A stretch of DNA of 64,000 nucleotides from the human T2T-CHM13v2.0 reference genome, Homo sapiens (GCF_009914755.1 NC_060932.1), one strand, 5' to 3'. Positions 25,637 to 39,209 are shown, counted from the stretch's first letter. Made by a program: numbers and translations. The notes: generated by a model from the sequence alone, not told the origin.

Positions 25637-25859
25637 AGGCCTGAGACCCCAAGCTCAGGGGCCCAAGGAAGGAAACGGCACTGAAAGGAGGAGCTTCCAG
25701 GGGATGGCTGGAGGGACTTAACACACTACCGCTGGGTGTCCCCAGAAGGTGCATCTAAGTCGTTCCTACAGCCCCTCTCCTGGGAGAAGCATGTGACGTG
25801 AATTAATCATCCTCTGTGCTGGGCTGCGGTGTGCTGGACTGGAGAGGGTGGCGAGATCC

Positions 25860-26810
25860 TTTTTTTTTTTCTTTTTTTTTTTAAGTAAAATGCATTACTA
25901 CTATAAAAGTAAGTGCTCATTATAACTTTTTCTAACAGTACATAGAAGTATAACAGAGAAAGAAATTACTTGAAATTTCTCAACCCTAAAATAATGATTT
26001 GGTGGCCGAATTCTCTCATACACATCTTTATTTATTGCCACAATATTTAATAGGATCATATCACACAAGCTCAGTTTGGGGAAGATTTACTCTTTCCCTT
26101 TCTCCCTCCACCTCTCATATAAGGAAGGTTTTCACTATTTTACAAAAGGATCATTTTTATACACTTCTCTGCACTTTGCTTGTTTCATATTTTGTAGATT
26201 TCTCCAAATGAGCAGCTTTGAAATTAATTTATTTTAATGTTTGCCTAATATTTGTGATATGAATGTACTGTAATTTATTCAACTATTCCTATTGATGGAT
26301 GTTTCCTTTGAGGCAACATTGCATATCTTACCCTTACTCTTTGGTGCTTTTATTTTTGTGAAATAGGTTCCCAGAAGTGGGCCTGCTGGGTAGAAGGGGA
26401 TATATATTCTTTTTATTTTACAAGCTATTGCCATGCCATTTTCCAAAAAGACTGAAACCATTTACATGTCCTCCAGCAGCGTGTATGAATTCCCTCTGCC
26501 CTATATCTCCTCCAACAATAGATATTATTGGTCTTCTTAATGTTTGCTAGTGTGATGGGTAGAAAGTGGTAACTCAATGCTGCTTTAATTTGTATTTTCC
26601 AGTGAGCTTGAGCATTTCTTAATGTGTTTATTGGCCATTTAGATTTGCTCCTCTGTGAGCTGCTTATTCATATTTGCCTGTTGTTTTGTTCGGTTATCTT
26701 TTTATTAATTTTTAAGAGCTCTTTGTATATTACAGCTATGAATCTCTTATGAACGTAACTATTTTTTCTAAATCTATTGTTAGACTTCATCTTTATTCTT
26801 ACAACCAAAT
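25860..26810 (-). mobile_element. Ancient L1ME-like fragment
   Basis: Poly(T) at 25860-25882; tcccagaagtgggcctgctggg; ttttaatttgtattttcc...tgagcatttcttaatgtgtttattggccatt. Confidence 0.7.
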
Positions 26811-26926
26811 TGCAACACATTTTCTGGCCGACGAGACAGGGTAAGAAAGGGTAAGAATATGAGATTTGGAAGGGATAGGAGAGCAGAGGAGCTCAATGCT
26901 CCAGCTAGATCCTTTCTGGGGATGCT

Positions 26927-27312
26927 GTCTCAATCTGCTCAGGCTGTCGTAACAGGAAGCCATAGATTGAGCGTCTTAACAGGAATTTATTGTATCATAG
27001 TATGCAGACTGTAAGTCCCAGATCAAAGCACCAGCAGGATGAGTTTCTGGTGAGACCTCTCTTCCTGGCTTGCAGACAGCAGCCTTCTCATTGGGTCCTC
27101 ACCTGGCCTTTCCTCTGTGCTCCTGTGGAGAAGAGAAGACTCTCAGGTGTCTCTTCCTTTTCTGTAAGGACACTGTCCTATTGGATGAGGTCCCAAACTT
27201 ATAACCTTATTTAACCTCCATTACTTCCCTAAGGGACCTATCTCCAACTACAGTCACATGGGTCTGGGGAGGTTTAGGGCTTCAACATATGGATTTGCAG
27301 GGGGACACAACA
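26927..27312 (-). mobile_element. MLT1A-like MaLR solo LTR
   Basis: ctcaggctgtcgtaaca...tttctggtgagacctctcttcctggcttgcagac...ggcttcaacatatggatttg...gggacacaa. Confidence 0.8.
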
Positions 27313-27580
27313 GAACAATTAACAGGTGGGTTCTACAGAAGTGCATAAACCCAGAGAGGAAGTGACAGTATGGTACAACTGGGCCATATTCATCCTCGCA
27401 TGAATCTCCACACTCCAGCATGATGGAAGTAGCTGGACGGTTCCCATTCCCCAAAGAACGGCAGAGAAAGCAGAGGAGCCCCTAGGCCTGAAGGGGTCCT
27501 GGGCAGGATATCTCAGCAAAATGCCTGTATTCCAATGATCCAGAACTAGGTCAGGGTAATAGACAAGCCTCACTGAACAC

Positions 27581-27630
27581 CTACGAGGATAGATGCCTAT
27601 AAGGGCTATGAGGATAGATGCCTATAAGGG
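27581..27630. repeat. 25-bp tandem duplication
   Basis: CTA(C/T)GAGGATAGATGCCTATAAGGG x2. Confidence 0.95.
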
Positions 27631-27657
27631 CAGTGTGAGGCTGCAATCTGATAAATG

Positions 27658-27931
27658 CAGTCATGTGTTCAAAAGGGATACATTCTAAGATATGCGTCAT
27701 TGTGCAAACATTGTAGAGCGTCCTTGCACAAACCTAGATGGTACAGCCTACTCCACACCTAGGCTATATGGTAAGCCTGTTGCTCCTAGGTTACAAACCT
27801 GAACAACATGTTATTTTACTGATACTGTAGGCAATTGTAACATATGCGTACATTTAGAAAAGGTACAGTAAAAATACAGTATTATGGGAGCATAATATGT
27901 GACCAGGGTCATATATGTAGTCTTCTATTGA
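27658..27931. mobile_element. Tigger3a/MER7-like DNA transposon
   Basis: cagtcatgtg...cacaaacctagatggtacagcctactccacacctaggctatatggt...agaaaaggtacagtaaaaatac. Confidence 0.8.
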
Positions 27932-28741
27932 CGTAATCATCTCCTCATTCTACACAGAACTATATATTTTGGTCTTCCACCTGTTTCCTGACACATAGCT
28001 CCTAAAGCCCTTGGAATCTCCGAGTGAAACATGCCTTTTTCTATGATAATGGCATGACTGATGGCTGGGGCTCCAGGATAGCTTCAGAATAGAGACTGTG
28101 CCAGGGAAACCAACCTTCTGACTAGAGGGTCAGAACTTTCAACCCCATCCCCTGACCTCCCGGGAGGAAGAGGAGCTGAAGGCTGTGTTGATCACCCATG
28201 GCCAATGATGTAATCAATCATGATTCTATAAGGAAACCTCCATAAAAACCCAAAAGGATAGGGTTCAGAGAGCTTCTGCATTGGTGAACAGGAACACATC
28301 AGCATGCTGGAAGGGTGGTACACCCTAACTCCCTGGGGACAGAAGCCCTGTGCTCAGGACCCTTCTAAACCTCACCATATGTATCCCTTCAACTGGTGGT
28401 GCATTTGTATCCTCTAAAATACCCTTTCTCACCATTGACCAACAATAGCAAGTAAACTGTTTACTGGGCTTCTCAGAGCTGCTCTAGCAAATTATTGAAC
28501 CCAAAAAGGAGGTCATGGGGACCTCCAATTTGTAGCTGAGTCAGACAGAAGTGTGAGTGATCAGGGAACCTATATTGGCATCTGAAATAGGGGGCATTCT
28601 TATGGGACTGAGCCCTTAACCTGTGGGGTCTGCACTAACTCTACTTAGCATCACAATTGAGTTGCACTGAATTGTAGGACACCCAGGTGGTGTCAGAGAA
28701 TTGGTCAGATTAGTCAGTGTGGGGGAAAAGAACCCCACACA
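27932..28741 (+). mobile_element. MER21-family ERVL solo LTR
   Basis: gctcctaaagcccttggaat...tggccaatgatgtaatcaatcatg...ctccataaaaaccc...gggactgagcccttaacctgtggggtctg. Confidence 0.85.
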
Positions 28742-29026
<285 letters not shown>

Positions 29027-29028
29027 CA

Positions 29029-29038
29029 GACACACACA

Positions 29039-29083
<45 letters not shown>
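29029..29083. repeat. (CA)n microsatellite in place of the Alu tail
   Basis: Near-perfect CA run of ~55 bp. Confidence 0.95.
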
Positions 29084-29087
<4 letters not shown>

Positions 29088-29138
29088 GACCTAAAGATAA
29101 GTTTAGAAAAATAAAAGCAGTCCTTTCTCTGGAACACC

Positions 29139-29522
29139 TGTCGTAGCTGCTGTTGTGTTCTCCCGTGCCCAGGTTGCTGTGAGTGGCACTGGCAGAGGCC
29201 CGGCTGTCAGCTCCAGTGGAGGCTGCCCAGCAGCAGAGCTGCATCACCCATGAATATGCCCCTCCCCAGGGCGCCCTCAACACAGTGACAGAAAAAGGCC
29301 TGGCCATCTCAGCCCAAATCAGGACAACTCTGGAGGTCATTTCAGTTCCAGGATGGACCCTGGGGTCTGTTGCGGCAATCAGTAGCTCACATCACACTGC
29401 CCTTTCCCCTCTGCCCAACCCCACTTCCTCCCTTGCCCTTCCCCTGGTGTGGACCCCAGGGACCTCTTTAATAACCTATCTGCATCTCAGAGTCTGCTTA
29501 TCAGGGACCCCTACCTATGACA
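29139..29522 (+). mobile_element. LTR16-family ERVL solo LTR
   Basis: tg...ca ends; caggacaactctggaggtcat; catctcagagtctgctt...acctatgaca 3' signature. Confidence 0.7.
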
Positions 29523-29986
29523 GCCCTCTCACATGTGCTACAGGCAGCGCATAACCAAGGTGAACTTGCAACAGAATGTGATTCAACAGCATGCGAGACA
29601 AAGCAGCCCCTGCCTGGACAGTGCTGGCCCTGATGCAAGGGGTGCAGGTGCCCCCAGAGCACAGGCATTCGGCCTCCACCTCTCCAAGCAAGGCCTCCAA
29701 GGAGACACCTCCTAATCTGCATCCACCACCCCTGAGCCACCCAATCTCCTCCAGCAATGGCCTTAATAGGAAATGTAGGCCCCTGCCCCTTCTGCCAAAT
29801 CTCCCTTGAAGGAACACGTGGCAAATTGCTTCCACGGGCTTATTTAACCTAACCCTCTAATTTATTCCCCATTAAGATGGTTACTTTAATTTAGTTATTT
29901 GTGTCTGTCAGGCAAAGAAGGAGAGGCCCTCTTGGCTTCGGGATGCAGTTCTCTGCTCCACCACACCAGTGCCCAGGGCCTTTCCC

Positions 29987-30247
29987 ATGGCAAAGCACCA
30001 ACACCTGCCCTTATTTAAAAGCTTATCTGTAGCCCAGCAGAAAACAAGGCACGACACATATTTGAGGTTTAACATCTTGATTCTCAGGCTTTATAACACT
30101 GGATATTATTGGCAACACCATGAAACAAAGAAACAGAAGCTTCTGCCCACTCCTCCACATGTGACATTAGGAATTCAGTGTAGGACAGTGAAGGACAAAT
30201 CACTACACCTGAGTTCTGCTATCTTGGTTCTTTCTGTGACCAAACAG
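29987..30247 (+). CDS. Putative 174-aa spliced ORF, coding exon 1 (exon 29912-30247; MAKHQHLPLF...SVTKQ, 87 codons)
   Basis: Acceptor ttatttgtgtctgtcAG at 29911, cccATGG at 29987, strong donor CAG|GTATGT at 30247/8 (phase 0). No homology recognised. Confidence 0.42.
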
Positions 30248-30325
30248 GTATGTGACCCTTCACAGTAACTCACCCCTCTAGGACTCAATTTCCTCATCTA
30301 AGCATGAGGAGCGTTGAACTTAAAG
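30185..30325 (+). mobile_element. MIR fragment supplying the splice donor
   Basis: acctgagttct...caggtatgtgaccctt...ctctaggactcaatttcctcatct aligns to MIR tagctgtgtgaccttgg...cctcagtttcctcatct. Confidence 0.6.
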
Positions 30326-31149
30326 CCCTAATAGGTCAGGAATGTTGGGTTTTTGTGTTTTTTCTTAGATCAGTGTTTCAGATATTGAGTTATTTTCCAG
30401 AATCGACACATTGAAGCTCCTGGCCTACTCAGGTCCCTGGAGAAAGCTGAAGGTGACCAGCTTTTGCTTTCTTCTATTGGATCAGATCCACCCATGTAAT
30501 TCCTCCCAGACTTTTATTTCCTGGAGTTTTACTTCTGAACATTCCAAAATGTTAATGTTTCTTGGAAGTGAGCACCAAATATTACATCTGGAGCTGTTCT
30601 CTCTTAACAGTCTGCCCTCAATCTGAGAAGTTTATCAGTTCTGTTGGAGAGTCCCCACCGTGCCATTAGCATTTGATGTGGATGTCACAATTTGCAAACC
30701 TTTTTTATCTTCGGGGAAAGCAGAGGAGGGAAAATGAGCCAGATCCGTTGGTCCCTGGCTCAGAGTTAGAAACTGATCTTATTTGTGAAGTAGGCTTAAT
30801 TTCATCATTAGAACAAGTGATGCAGATGATGTTCTCAGTGTGAGCTGGTGACAGGCCTGCAGTCATTCCTGCTCTTCCATACACACGGGGGAGAGTGTAG
30901 ACACTCATACACATGCTACATTTCCCATGCACATGTGCGCACACACCTACCCACCTAATAGAAAATGCTCTCAGTGCAATCATGGACGCAAACTGGAGGG
31001 GGAACATTTTTTGCAGGGCCCAAACTGAGAAAAGACTTCACAGCTACCACAGACAAGGCCTAAGGAGACTTAATATGAATCCCCCAGCCATTCCTACAAT
31101 GCCATAAGGTTGATAAGACATTTCCATATGCACAACATCTTTTGACCAT

Positions 31150-31502
31150 TCACAGCTCAGGGGAGCACACTCTTGCTTCCTGGACAATCCTTTTATACAC
31201 CTGCCCACCCCTCACCCCGCTGGGCCAATTTCTCCTTCCTAGACAAATCTTCTCTGATAACCCTATCTAAATTAGGCCCCCCCCCACAATTATTTATCTT
31301 AGCACTTTATTTGCTTTTTATAGCATTTAATTACATTTTTTGTGTTTTTGCTTATTTACCTATTTATTTTCCATCTCTCCCACTGAATTATAACCTCCTT
31401 AAAAGATAGGAATGCAGTCTGTCTTATTCATTCTGGATTACCCAGTATCCAAACAATGTCCAGCACACAGTCAGCACTTCATAAAGCCTTGTTGAATAAA
31501 CC
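31150..31502 (+). mobile_element. L2 3' end
   Basis: ctcccactgaattataacctcctt...gtcttattcatt...cagcacacagtcagcact...ttgttgaataaa. Confidence 0.65.
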
Positions 31503-32744
31503 AACTTGATTTGCTCAAGAATCCTACAGTTAAAGTCATTTTCACAGATGAGGAAATAGGTTCATGGAGGTTAGGTGACCTGCAAATTCCCAAAAAATGC
31601 TAAGTAGGAGAGCCAGGATTCTAATTTAATTTTATGCCATTTTCACAACATCAAGCTATATGAGTCCATCTTTGAGCTATGATTTGTCCTTTAAACTCCA
31701 CAATAGCTCCAAGTCTCAGGAAAAGGAAGGAAAATTTGATGTACACATATATGCACACGTGTGTGTGCGTGCATGCATGCACACACAAACACACGCCTTT
31801 CACTTTGCCCCACTCTCCAAGTTTGTTAGCTAGGAAGGACCAGGTAGTGAATTTGACTTTCTCATATACGCTATACTCAAAAATGTGCCTGACTTACAAA
31901 TGACCATGTAAAAACAAGTACCATTTTCAGGGCCTTGAAGATGATGGGAATATATAAAGGAAATATGATAGAATGTTAGAATTGGAAGAAACATTTTATA
32001 GATAGGGAAACTGAGGCCCCATTGAGTGGGAATGATTTTCCCAAGGTCACTTGTAGGAGAACCAGTACTAGAACCCAGGTCTGATTCTTGGTCCAATGCT
32101 CATTCCCTAAGATGAATCACAGGAACACAGCAATAAATTACGTCTTGGGCATCCTCTAATGACCAATAATCAACAATGATGGCTTTCTTCATCTGTCCTT
32201 TCAGAGCTTGGTCCCAGAACAGTGTGTACTGGGAAAGCCCACTCCAATTTTATGAAGGTATTTCACATGTGAAGTTGGACTTCAGGTGTTTTTGCAAATT
32301 ATGAAATGTCTCTCTAAAGCTATTGCTTCAAACTCAGTTCTTTTTCTCCATTCTCCCAACTGAGACCCTCACATCCATCCAGTAGGCAACAGAGCAAGGC
32401 AGTTTCCGAGCATACCCAACCTTTAAATTGATTAATGTTCTTTTTAATTAAGAAAATATATTAAAAGAATGGCACAGGCACACACACATTCACACATACA
32501 GGTTCTAGGAAGACCCTGGTCTAAGATGCAAAGGAAATCTGAATCAACTTGAATGTCCTGTGTCAAAGCATTGGAAGCTAAGAGGAGAATTCCATAAAAG
32601 AGGAAGATGATCAGAAAAAGAACTTCAGATAATTTCCTTCAGAAGTGTAGGCAAAGTACACTACCAAGGTAAGGACTGGCTCAGGTAGCTGAAGACCAAA
32701 GTCACACTTACCCACACTCAGTAGAGAGGCCTGTTTTAGGTTGG

Positions 32745-33425
<681 letters not shown>

Positions 33426-33579
33426 GCTGGATTTGAGATCCATTCCAAGAACAGGCATTACTCAGCTTATGAGGGATCTGCCTGAGCTACTGTGCTGTGC
33501 ATGAGTGAATCCATTGCTTCTAAGAATATCACAGGCACTCACACATGCACACATGTGCACACACACACACACACCCTGT

Positions 33580-33930
33580 TCTGTGTCCCTGTTCCCTTAT
33601 TCATGGTGTCACCTCACATGGAGCAGCCTTTCTACTTAGTGCCCTAGAGGACCTCTTAGAGGTTCAGCTCCTGTGACCTCTTCTCTGGTGTCTTCCCTGC
33701 TTCTTCCACCTTTTCCCAGGTCCCCTCCTCTGCTCTGTGATCCTGTAATACTCTGTACCACCACCATCGCTGTGTTGCACAGCATCACACGACAATTATT
33801 TGTCTGCATGACTATGAGCTCCTCACAAGGGAGGAAAGTGTTTTGTGTGTCTTTGTGTCTCCAGCACACAGCACGGTGCCAGGTGCTTAGTAGGCACTCA
33901 GCAAACAGTTGTTAAATGGTTAAATGAAGG
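33580..33930 (+). mobile_element. L2 3' end
   Basis: gactatgagctcctcacaagggagg...cagcacggtgccagg...agtaggcactcagcaaacagttgttaaatg. Confidence 0.65.
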
Positions 33931-34132
33931 AATTTCCCTGCTGGTACAAGGTAGAGATGCTAAGATTGTCCCACAGTCTCAATCACACAACCAGGCCCTG
34001 CTTTATCCTAAATCCAGAAAACATTAACACAACCAGCACACCACCAGAGGGGTTTCATCCCAATAAAATAAAGCTGTACAGTCCAGTTATGTAATAAGAA
34101 GAAAAACAGATGGGGGATAAGGACATTCTTAC

Positions 34133-34605
34133 TGTGTTCATTTCCTAGGAAGGCCGTAACAAAGTACCACAAACAAGGTAACTTAAACAGAAATGAATTT
34201 TCTCACAGTCCTGGAGGCTGAAATCAAGGTGTTAGCAGAGCTGGTTCCTTCTGAGGGATGTGGGAAAGGACCGGTTCCACGCTCTTGTCCTGGGTTCTGA
34301 TGGTTGCTGGCAGTATTTGGGGTTCCGTGGCTTATGGATTCATCGTCCCGATCTCTGCCCTCACATGACATTCTGAGTCTTGAGTCTTTTCACATAGTCT
34401 TCCCCCTGTGCATGTCTGTCTCTCTGTCCCAATTTCCCCTCTTTACAAGGACGCCAGTCATATTGGTTTAGGATCTACCCTAATGAGTTCATTTTAACTT
34501 CATGACCTCTATAAAGACCCCATTTCTAAATAAGGTTGCATTCTGAGGTCGTGACAGCTAGAATTTCAACATATTTTGCAGGGGGACACAATTCAAACCC
34601 CGACA
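34133..34605 (-). mobile_element. MLT1B/C-like MaLR solo LTR
   Basis: ccgtaacaaagtaccacaaac...tctcacagtcctggaggct...ccagtcatattgg...gggacacaattcaa. Confidence 0.85.
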
Positions 34606-34664
34606 GTTTATACTCAAAACTGGCATAACAAACACAGGGATGACTCCAAACATAAATATGTTCA

Positions 34665-35214
<550 letters not shown>

Positions 35215-35659
35215 CTACCTCATCTTCCTCATTGGTAAAATCGTGGGAGAATTTTTGCTGGACCAAATGGAGGATTTGCTGAAGTTTATTTCTGATGTTC
35301 TTTCTTCGACCATCTTTCCCCATCTGTGGATTCCTCTGCTACTAGTTCACTGTTCCCTGGTTACTTACAGTGCAATCCTTCCCAGAACACTTGCAGGTTA
35401 ATTCAGAGTCATAAAGATAGAATAGACTCCAAGATCCAAGGAAGTTTCTCCATTATGGTGGTGTTTCAGACACAGAAGTAAAGAGGGTGTGTGGGGACAG
35501 GGTATGAGAGGATCCAGAGGAACTAACCATGAAGTGGCACCTGGAACCTCAAGGGCTGCCACGTGAGGTATGCTCAGCCTGCATAACTGTCCATGGGGTG
35601 TGTTAACAGAAACACCCAGTCCCCTTGGAGTGTCAGCTCAGAGCCTGGCCACAGGCAAG

Positions 35660-35780
35660 AACACTGGCCTGGGGTCTGGACCTGGACTCTGGTCTAGCGT
35701 CTCCACTGACCTGCTGTGTGTGGCTAGACCAGTCTCTTTTCCCCTTCTCCTTACACTCAGTATCCCTATCAGTGTAATGG
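35660..35780 (+). mobile_element. MIR
   Basis: agaacactggcctggggtctggacctgg...ccactgacctgctgtgtgtggc...cagtatccctatcagtgtaatgggg. Confidence 0.55.
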
Positions 35781-36215
35781 GGGGAAGGGTGGGGTGGGAA
35801 TGGGATTAGAAGGCTGGTCTCCAGCCTCTTCCCATCCACACATCCTGTGAGCATCTGCAAGGACCCTTCTTGCCAAGAAAAACCATCAACACAACAGCAA
35901 ACAGGGAGAGAGGACAACCAGCACCAGCCAAGCCTTCATCTGCTCGCTCACTCTAAACAGAAATCACTTACCCTAAACGGCAATCAGTCCTGATGGCCTC
36001 CTTTCCAAATGCCTTGTATGACAATGAGTGATTTGTAACAACATCCAATCAAGCGCACCTAACCTTCCTATAATTGCCTGTCCTTTTCAGTGTTCTTAAA
36101 AGCTTTCCAGTGGAAAAGAACAGAAGCTTCTCGTCAGAAGCAGATTATTATACAGAGGAGAGAGAACCCCCCCATTCCTTTCCTCCCTTCCAGCCCATCT
36201 CTGCACCCTCCCCAG

Positions 36216-36283
36216 TCTGTACGCCCCCTGCAGAGGAACCAGCATCTGGCTGACATCTCCACAGGCGCAGCAACCACCTGCTG
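36216..36283 (+). CDS. Putative spliced ORF, coding exon 2 (SVRPLQRNQHLADISTGAATTC-W)
   Basis: Acceptor ctctgcaccctccccAG at 36215; weak donor CTG|GTATAA; phase 0 in, phase 2 out. Confidence 0.35.
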
Positions 36284-36369
36284 GTATAAATCTCTCAGCT
36301 GTTCCATCCCCATCCAGGATCCTTCCCCAGCTCGAGGCAGGCCCAGCAGATTCCTGTCTTTCCTTCCAG

Positions 36370-36482
36370 GCCAGAAGAGGTAACATTAGTAGCATATTCA
36401 GTTCACACCGAACGTCATTATGAAAATCAGCAGAACGGAACACCAGAAAGGTCCAGTGACAGGCCCCGAGGTCACAGGGCAG
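36370..36482 (+). CDS. Putative spliced ORF, coding exon 3 (PEEVTLVAY...RPRGHRA-G)
   Basis: Strong acceptor ttcctgtctttccttccAG at 36369 after an 86-nt intron; donor CAG|GTGGGC; phase 2 in, phase 1 out. Confidence 0.38.
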
Positions 36483-36899
36483 GTGGGCAGGGCCACAGCT
36501 GAACTCCCCTGCAAGTCTGGATCCCCGACAAGTCACACACCCCCACTCCGTGCTCTGAACAAATGGAAAAACGACACTCCTCAGCTGGCCCGGGAGTGGT
36601 GCAAGTCCTGGGGGATTTCTCAGCTCCACCAGTCCCCCTCATCGTGGCAGACAAGTGTGAGAGCCAGGAGGAAAGCACACAGCTTAGAGCCCTGGAATCA
36701 GAATCCCACCAAATCATCATCGTAAGAGGGACAGAGAATGAACTGTGGAGTTGGAGGTCCCAGGAGTAAAAAGAGGGGCCGAAATTTTCCCAGAGAGAAA
36801 ATCATAGGGGGACCACGTGCAAAAATCAGTGGCAATGTCATCTTCATCTGGAAAAGGCTAGAGAGAGATCTCACTCTCCCAGACGCACCATGCTCACTC

Positions 36900-37290
36900 T
36901 GAATCCCTTGATTTTTCTTTGAACCTCCTGACTCATTCGACAAATGGTCTATTGAGTCCCCCCTGGGTGAGAAGTCTGTGCTAGACACTGTAAGAGAAGT
37001 AGAGGTGCCTGTGCCAAGGGCTTTCCCGGCCCTCGGTCTGATAGGGTGTATGAGGCTTTCTTCAGGTGACTAATGACTGATTGAGAATGATCTATGCTTA
37101 CAAGAGATGCCGGGCCAGGGGCTCTCACAAGGAGAGACGGATGGCCGCAAGCTGGGAAGGAGGGTGTTTGGAAGCATGGAAGTCAGGGAATGGGATGTAG
37201 GAGGCACCATAGGCACAGCCTGAGCAAAGGCATGTGGCGGGGGCTGGAGGTGGGGGGAGCACAGAGAAACAGAAGGACAGAGACAACAAT
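36900..37290 (-). mobile_element. L2 fragment
   Basis: ctcattcgacaaatggtctattgagtccccc...ctgtgctagacactg...agcctgagcaaaggcatgtggc. Confidence 0.55.
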
Positions 37291-37589
37291 AAAGAAGTCA
37301 ATGCCTGTCTCAACACCAAGGCCATTAAGCATCCACGGACCCTCGTTCAGACTTGTGGTCCTGCCACTGCATTGGCATGAAGGGTTCTGCTCTGAGAATG
37401 GCAAAAGGGAAAGAAATGCCTCCTCTGAGTCTTTGCAAAATAGCAAATATTTTTCCCACCAGATTAGGCTTCTTTTCCAAGAATATTTTCCAATCCCGCA
37501 TTCCGAACATCAGGTCCTATTCAATGGGCCCTGGAGGCAAGGTAGCCCAGACCTTCCTAACTAGCCCAGGAGGGAGAGAGAATCTCTAA

Positions 37590-38035
37590 AGCATCCCTCC
37601 TCCACACCTCTCTGCACATAGCTGTTCCCCTGGTTCCACTGCATCCTTCAGCCTGTGGAATGGTGCAGGAACTGCTTTCTCAGCTACTCAGCCTCAAATC
37701 TCCCCTCTACCACCAGCCAAATCTTTCTCTTTCTTTAAGGTCCATCTCCTTCAAGAAGTCTTCCCTGCTCACCTGCCAGCCCAGCCCACCCCAGCGCACT
37801 CTCATCCCTCCCATCCTGAGCACAATCTAAATGTATGATTTGCACTGCATGTCTGGTGATCAGTGCATTGTAAAGCTATTACCTAGTAACAAAGCTGCTT
37901 CATCTCCCCAGTCAGACTGCCCCTATCTGTGGGTAGGGGCTTGTATTCTACCTCCCTGTGCCCTCTCCCCAGTACTTAGCACACTGGTTTGCTTCTGCTC
38001 TGAGTTTAAGAAACGTCTGTGAATTAATTGACTGA
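37590..38035 (+). mobile_element. L2 fragment
   Basis: catctccttcaagaagtcttccctg...cagactgcccctatctgtgggtagggg...cttagcacactg. Confidence 0.55.
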
Positions 38036-38456
38036 TGAAAGGTGCTAAAGATTGCCAGGAAGGCTGCCTTTTATCCATGGCCCTTGGGACTCATGAGGGA
38101 ATTCCACTTCCTTCATAACTTATCTCTCATGAAAAGTTTACCATTCAATCCAGTTCCTTTCTAAGCACAGTTCTTCCGCATACTGCCTGCCTCATGCCGA
38201 TGAGCACCTTCTCTACCAATGGATGTCCATGCTCCAAACTCCTTCCAGGTGTCAGGCCCCTGGTGTCTTTGGAAGAAGACCCTGTAAGAGGGTTGCTGAC
38301 AGAGGCTGCAGCAGGCCCAGCGTGAGCTTAGTTGCAAACTTGTTGGTACCCTTTGATGTTTTCCCACCACCACCTCTCACATCCATTCTGTCTTGACCTA
38401 CCTGCTACAGGTGGCCCACACTCCTGTTCTCCTATAATCTTCATTCTCTCTTACAG

Positions 38457-38539
38457 GGAAATTAGCTAATGAACTTATTTCTGCTGATGTTCACGTCTGC
38501 ACCTTCTACCCTACTCCCAAGCCCTGTGCAGGCTTTTAA
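38457..38539 (+). CDS. Putative spliced ORF, terminal coding exon (KLANELISADVHVCTFYPTPKPCAGF*)
   Basis: Strong acceptor tcttcattctctcttacAG at 38456; phase 1 in; TAA at 38537-39; AATAAA about 100 nt downstream. Confidence 0.38.
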
Positions 38540-38640
38540 TCCCTTAAAAATAGAGGCAGTGCTTTTCTCATTTATACAACCCTAGAACTATGCATCGTTA
38601 TTGGCGTTATTAGACACCCAGGAAATGAGGAAGGAAGAAA

Positions 38641-38646
38641 AATAAA
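38641..38646 (+). terminator. Candidate polyadenylation signal AATAAA
   Basis: Canonical hexamer 3' of the putative stop; it sits in a purine-rich tract, so it may be a chance match. Confidence 0.35.
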
Positions 38647-38823
38647 GGAATGAGGAAGAAATGAAGAAAGAAGCAAGGAAGGAAGAAAGGAAGAGAGGGA
38701 GAAGTGGGGAGGAAAGAGGAGGGTGGAGAGAGAAGTGGCCCCAGGACTCAAATGTTGGACAAGCTCCAAGCAGAAGTCCATCTCTCTACATGACCCAGGG
38801 CAGAAGTTGCCCACCTGAACAAG

Positions 38824-39209
38824 TGTATTATAGTCCATTTTCACAGTGCTATAAAGAACTACCTGTGACTGGGTAATTTATGAAAAAAAGAGATTTAAAT
38901 AACTCACAGTTCTGCAGGCATTACAGGAAGCATGGTTGGAAGGCCTAAAGAAACTCAGAATCATGGCAGAGGCGAAAAGGAAACAAGCACGTCTTTACCA
39001 CGGTGGAGCAGGAGACAGGGAGAGCATGAAGGAGAAGTGCCACACACTTTCAAACAGCCAGATCTCGTGAGAACTCACTGTCACGAGAACAGCAAGAGGT
39101 AAGTCTGCCCCCATGATTCAATCACCTCCCACTAGGCCTCTCCCCTGACAAGCTGGAGATTACAATCGAAAATGAGATTCGAGTGGGGACACAGAGCCAA
39201 ACCATATCA
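38824..39209 (-). mobile_element. MSTA MaLR solo LTR
   Basis: tgtatta...acaggaagcatgg...gtgccacacactttcaaacagccagatctcgtgagaactcact...gagccaaaccatatca. Confidence 0.9.

Noticed and set aside
34040-34060. CTCF-like motif CCACCAGAGGGGG (similar partial matches near 13582 and 13703)
   Set aside because: Key 3' GC positions are missing; cannot be supported without a matrix scan or ChIP.
36096-36629. 177-aa minus-strand ORF
   Set aside because: Non-ATG start in GC-rich sequence with no recognisable motif; the splice signals I found favour the + strand.
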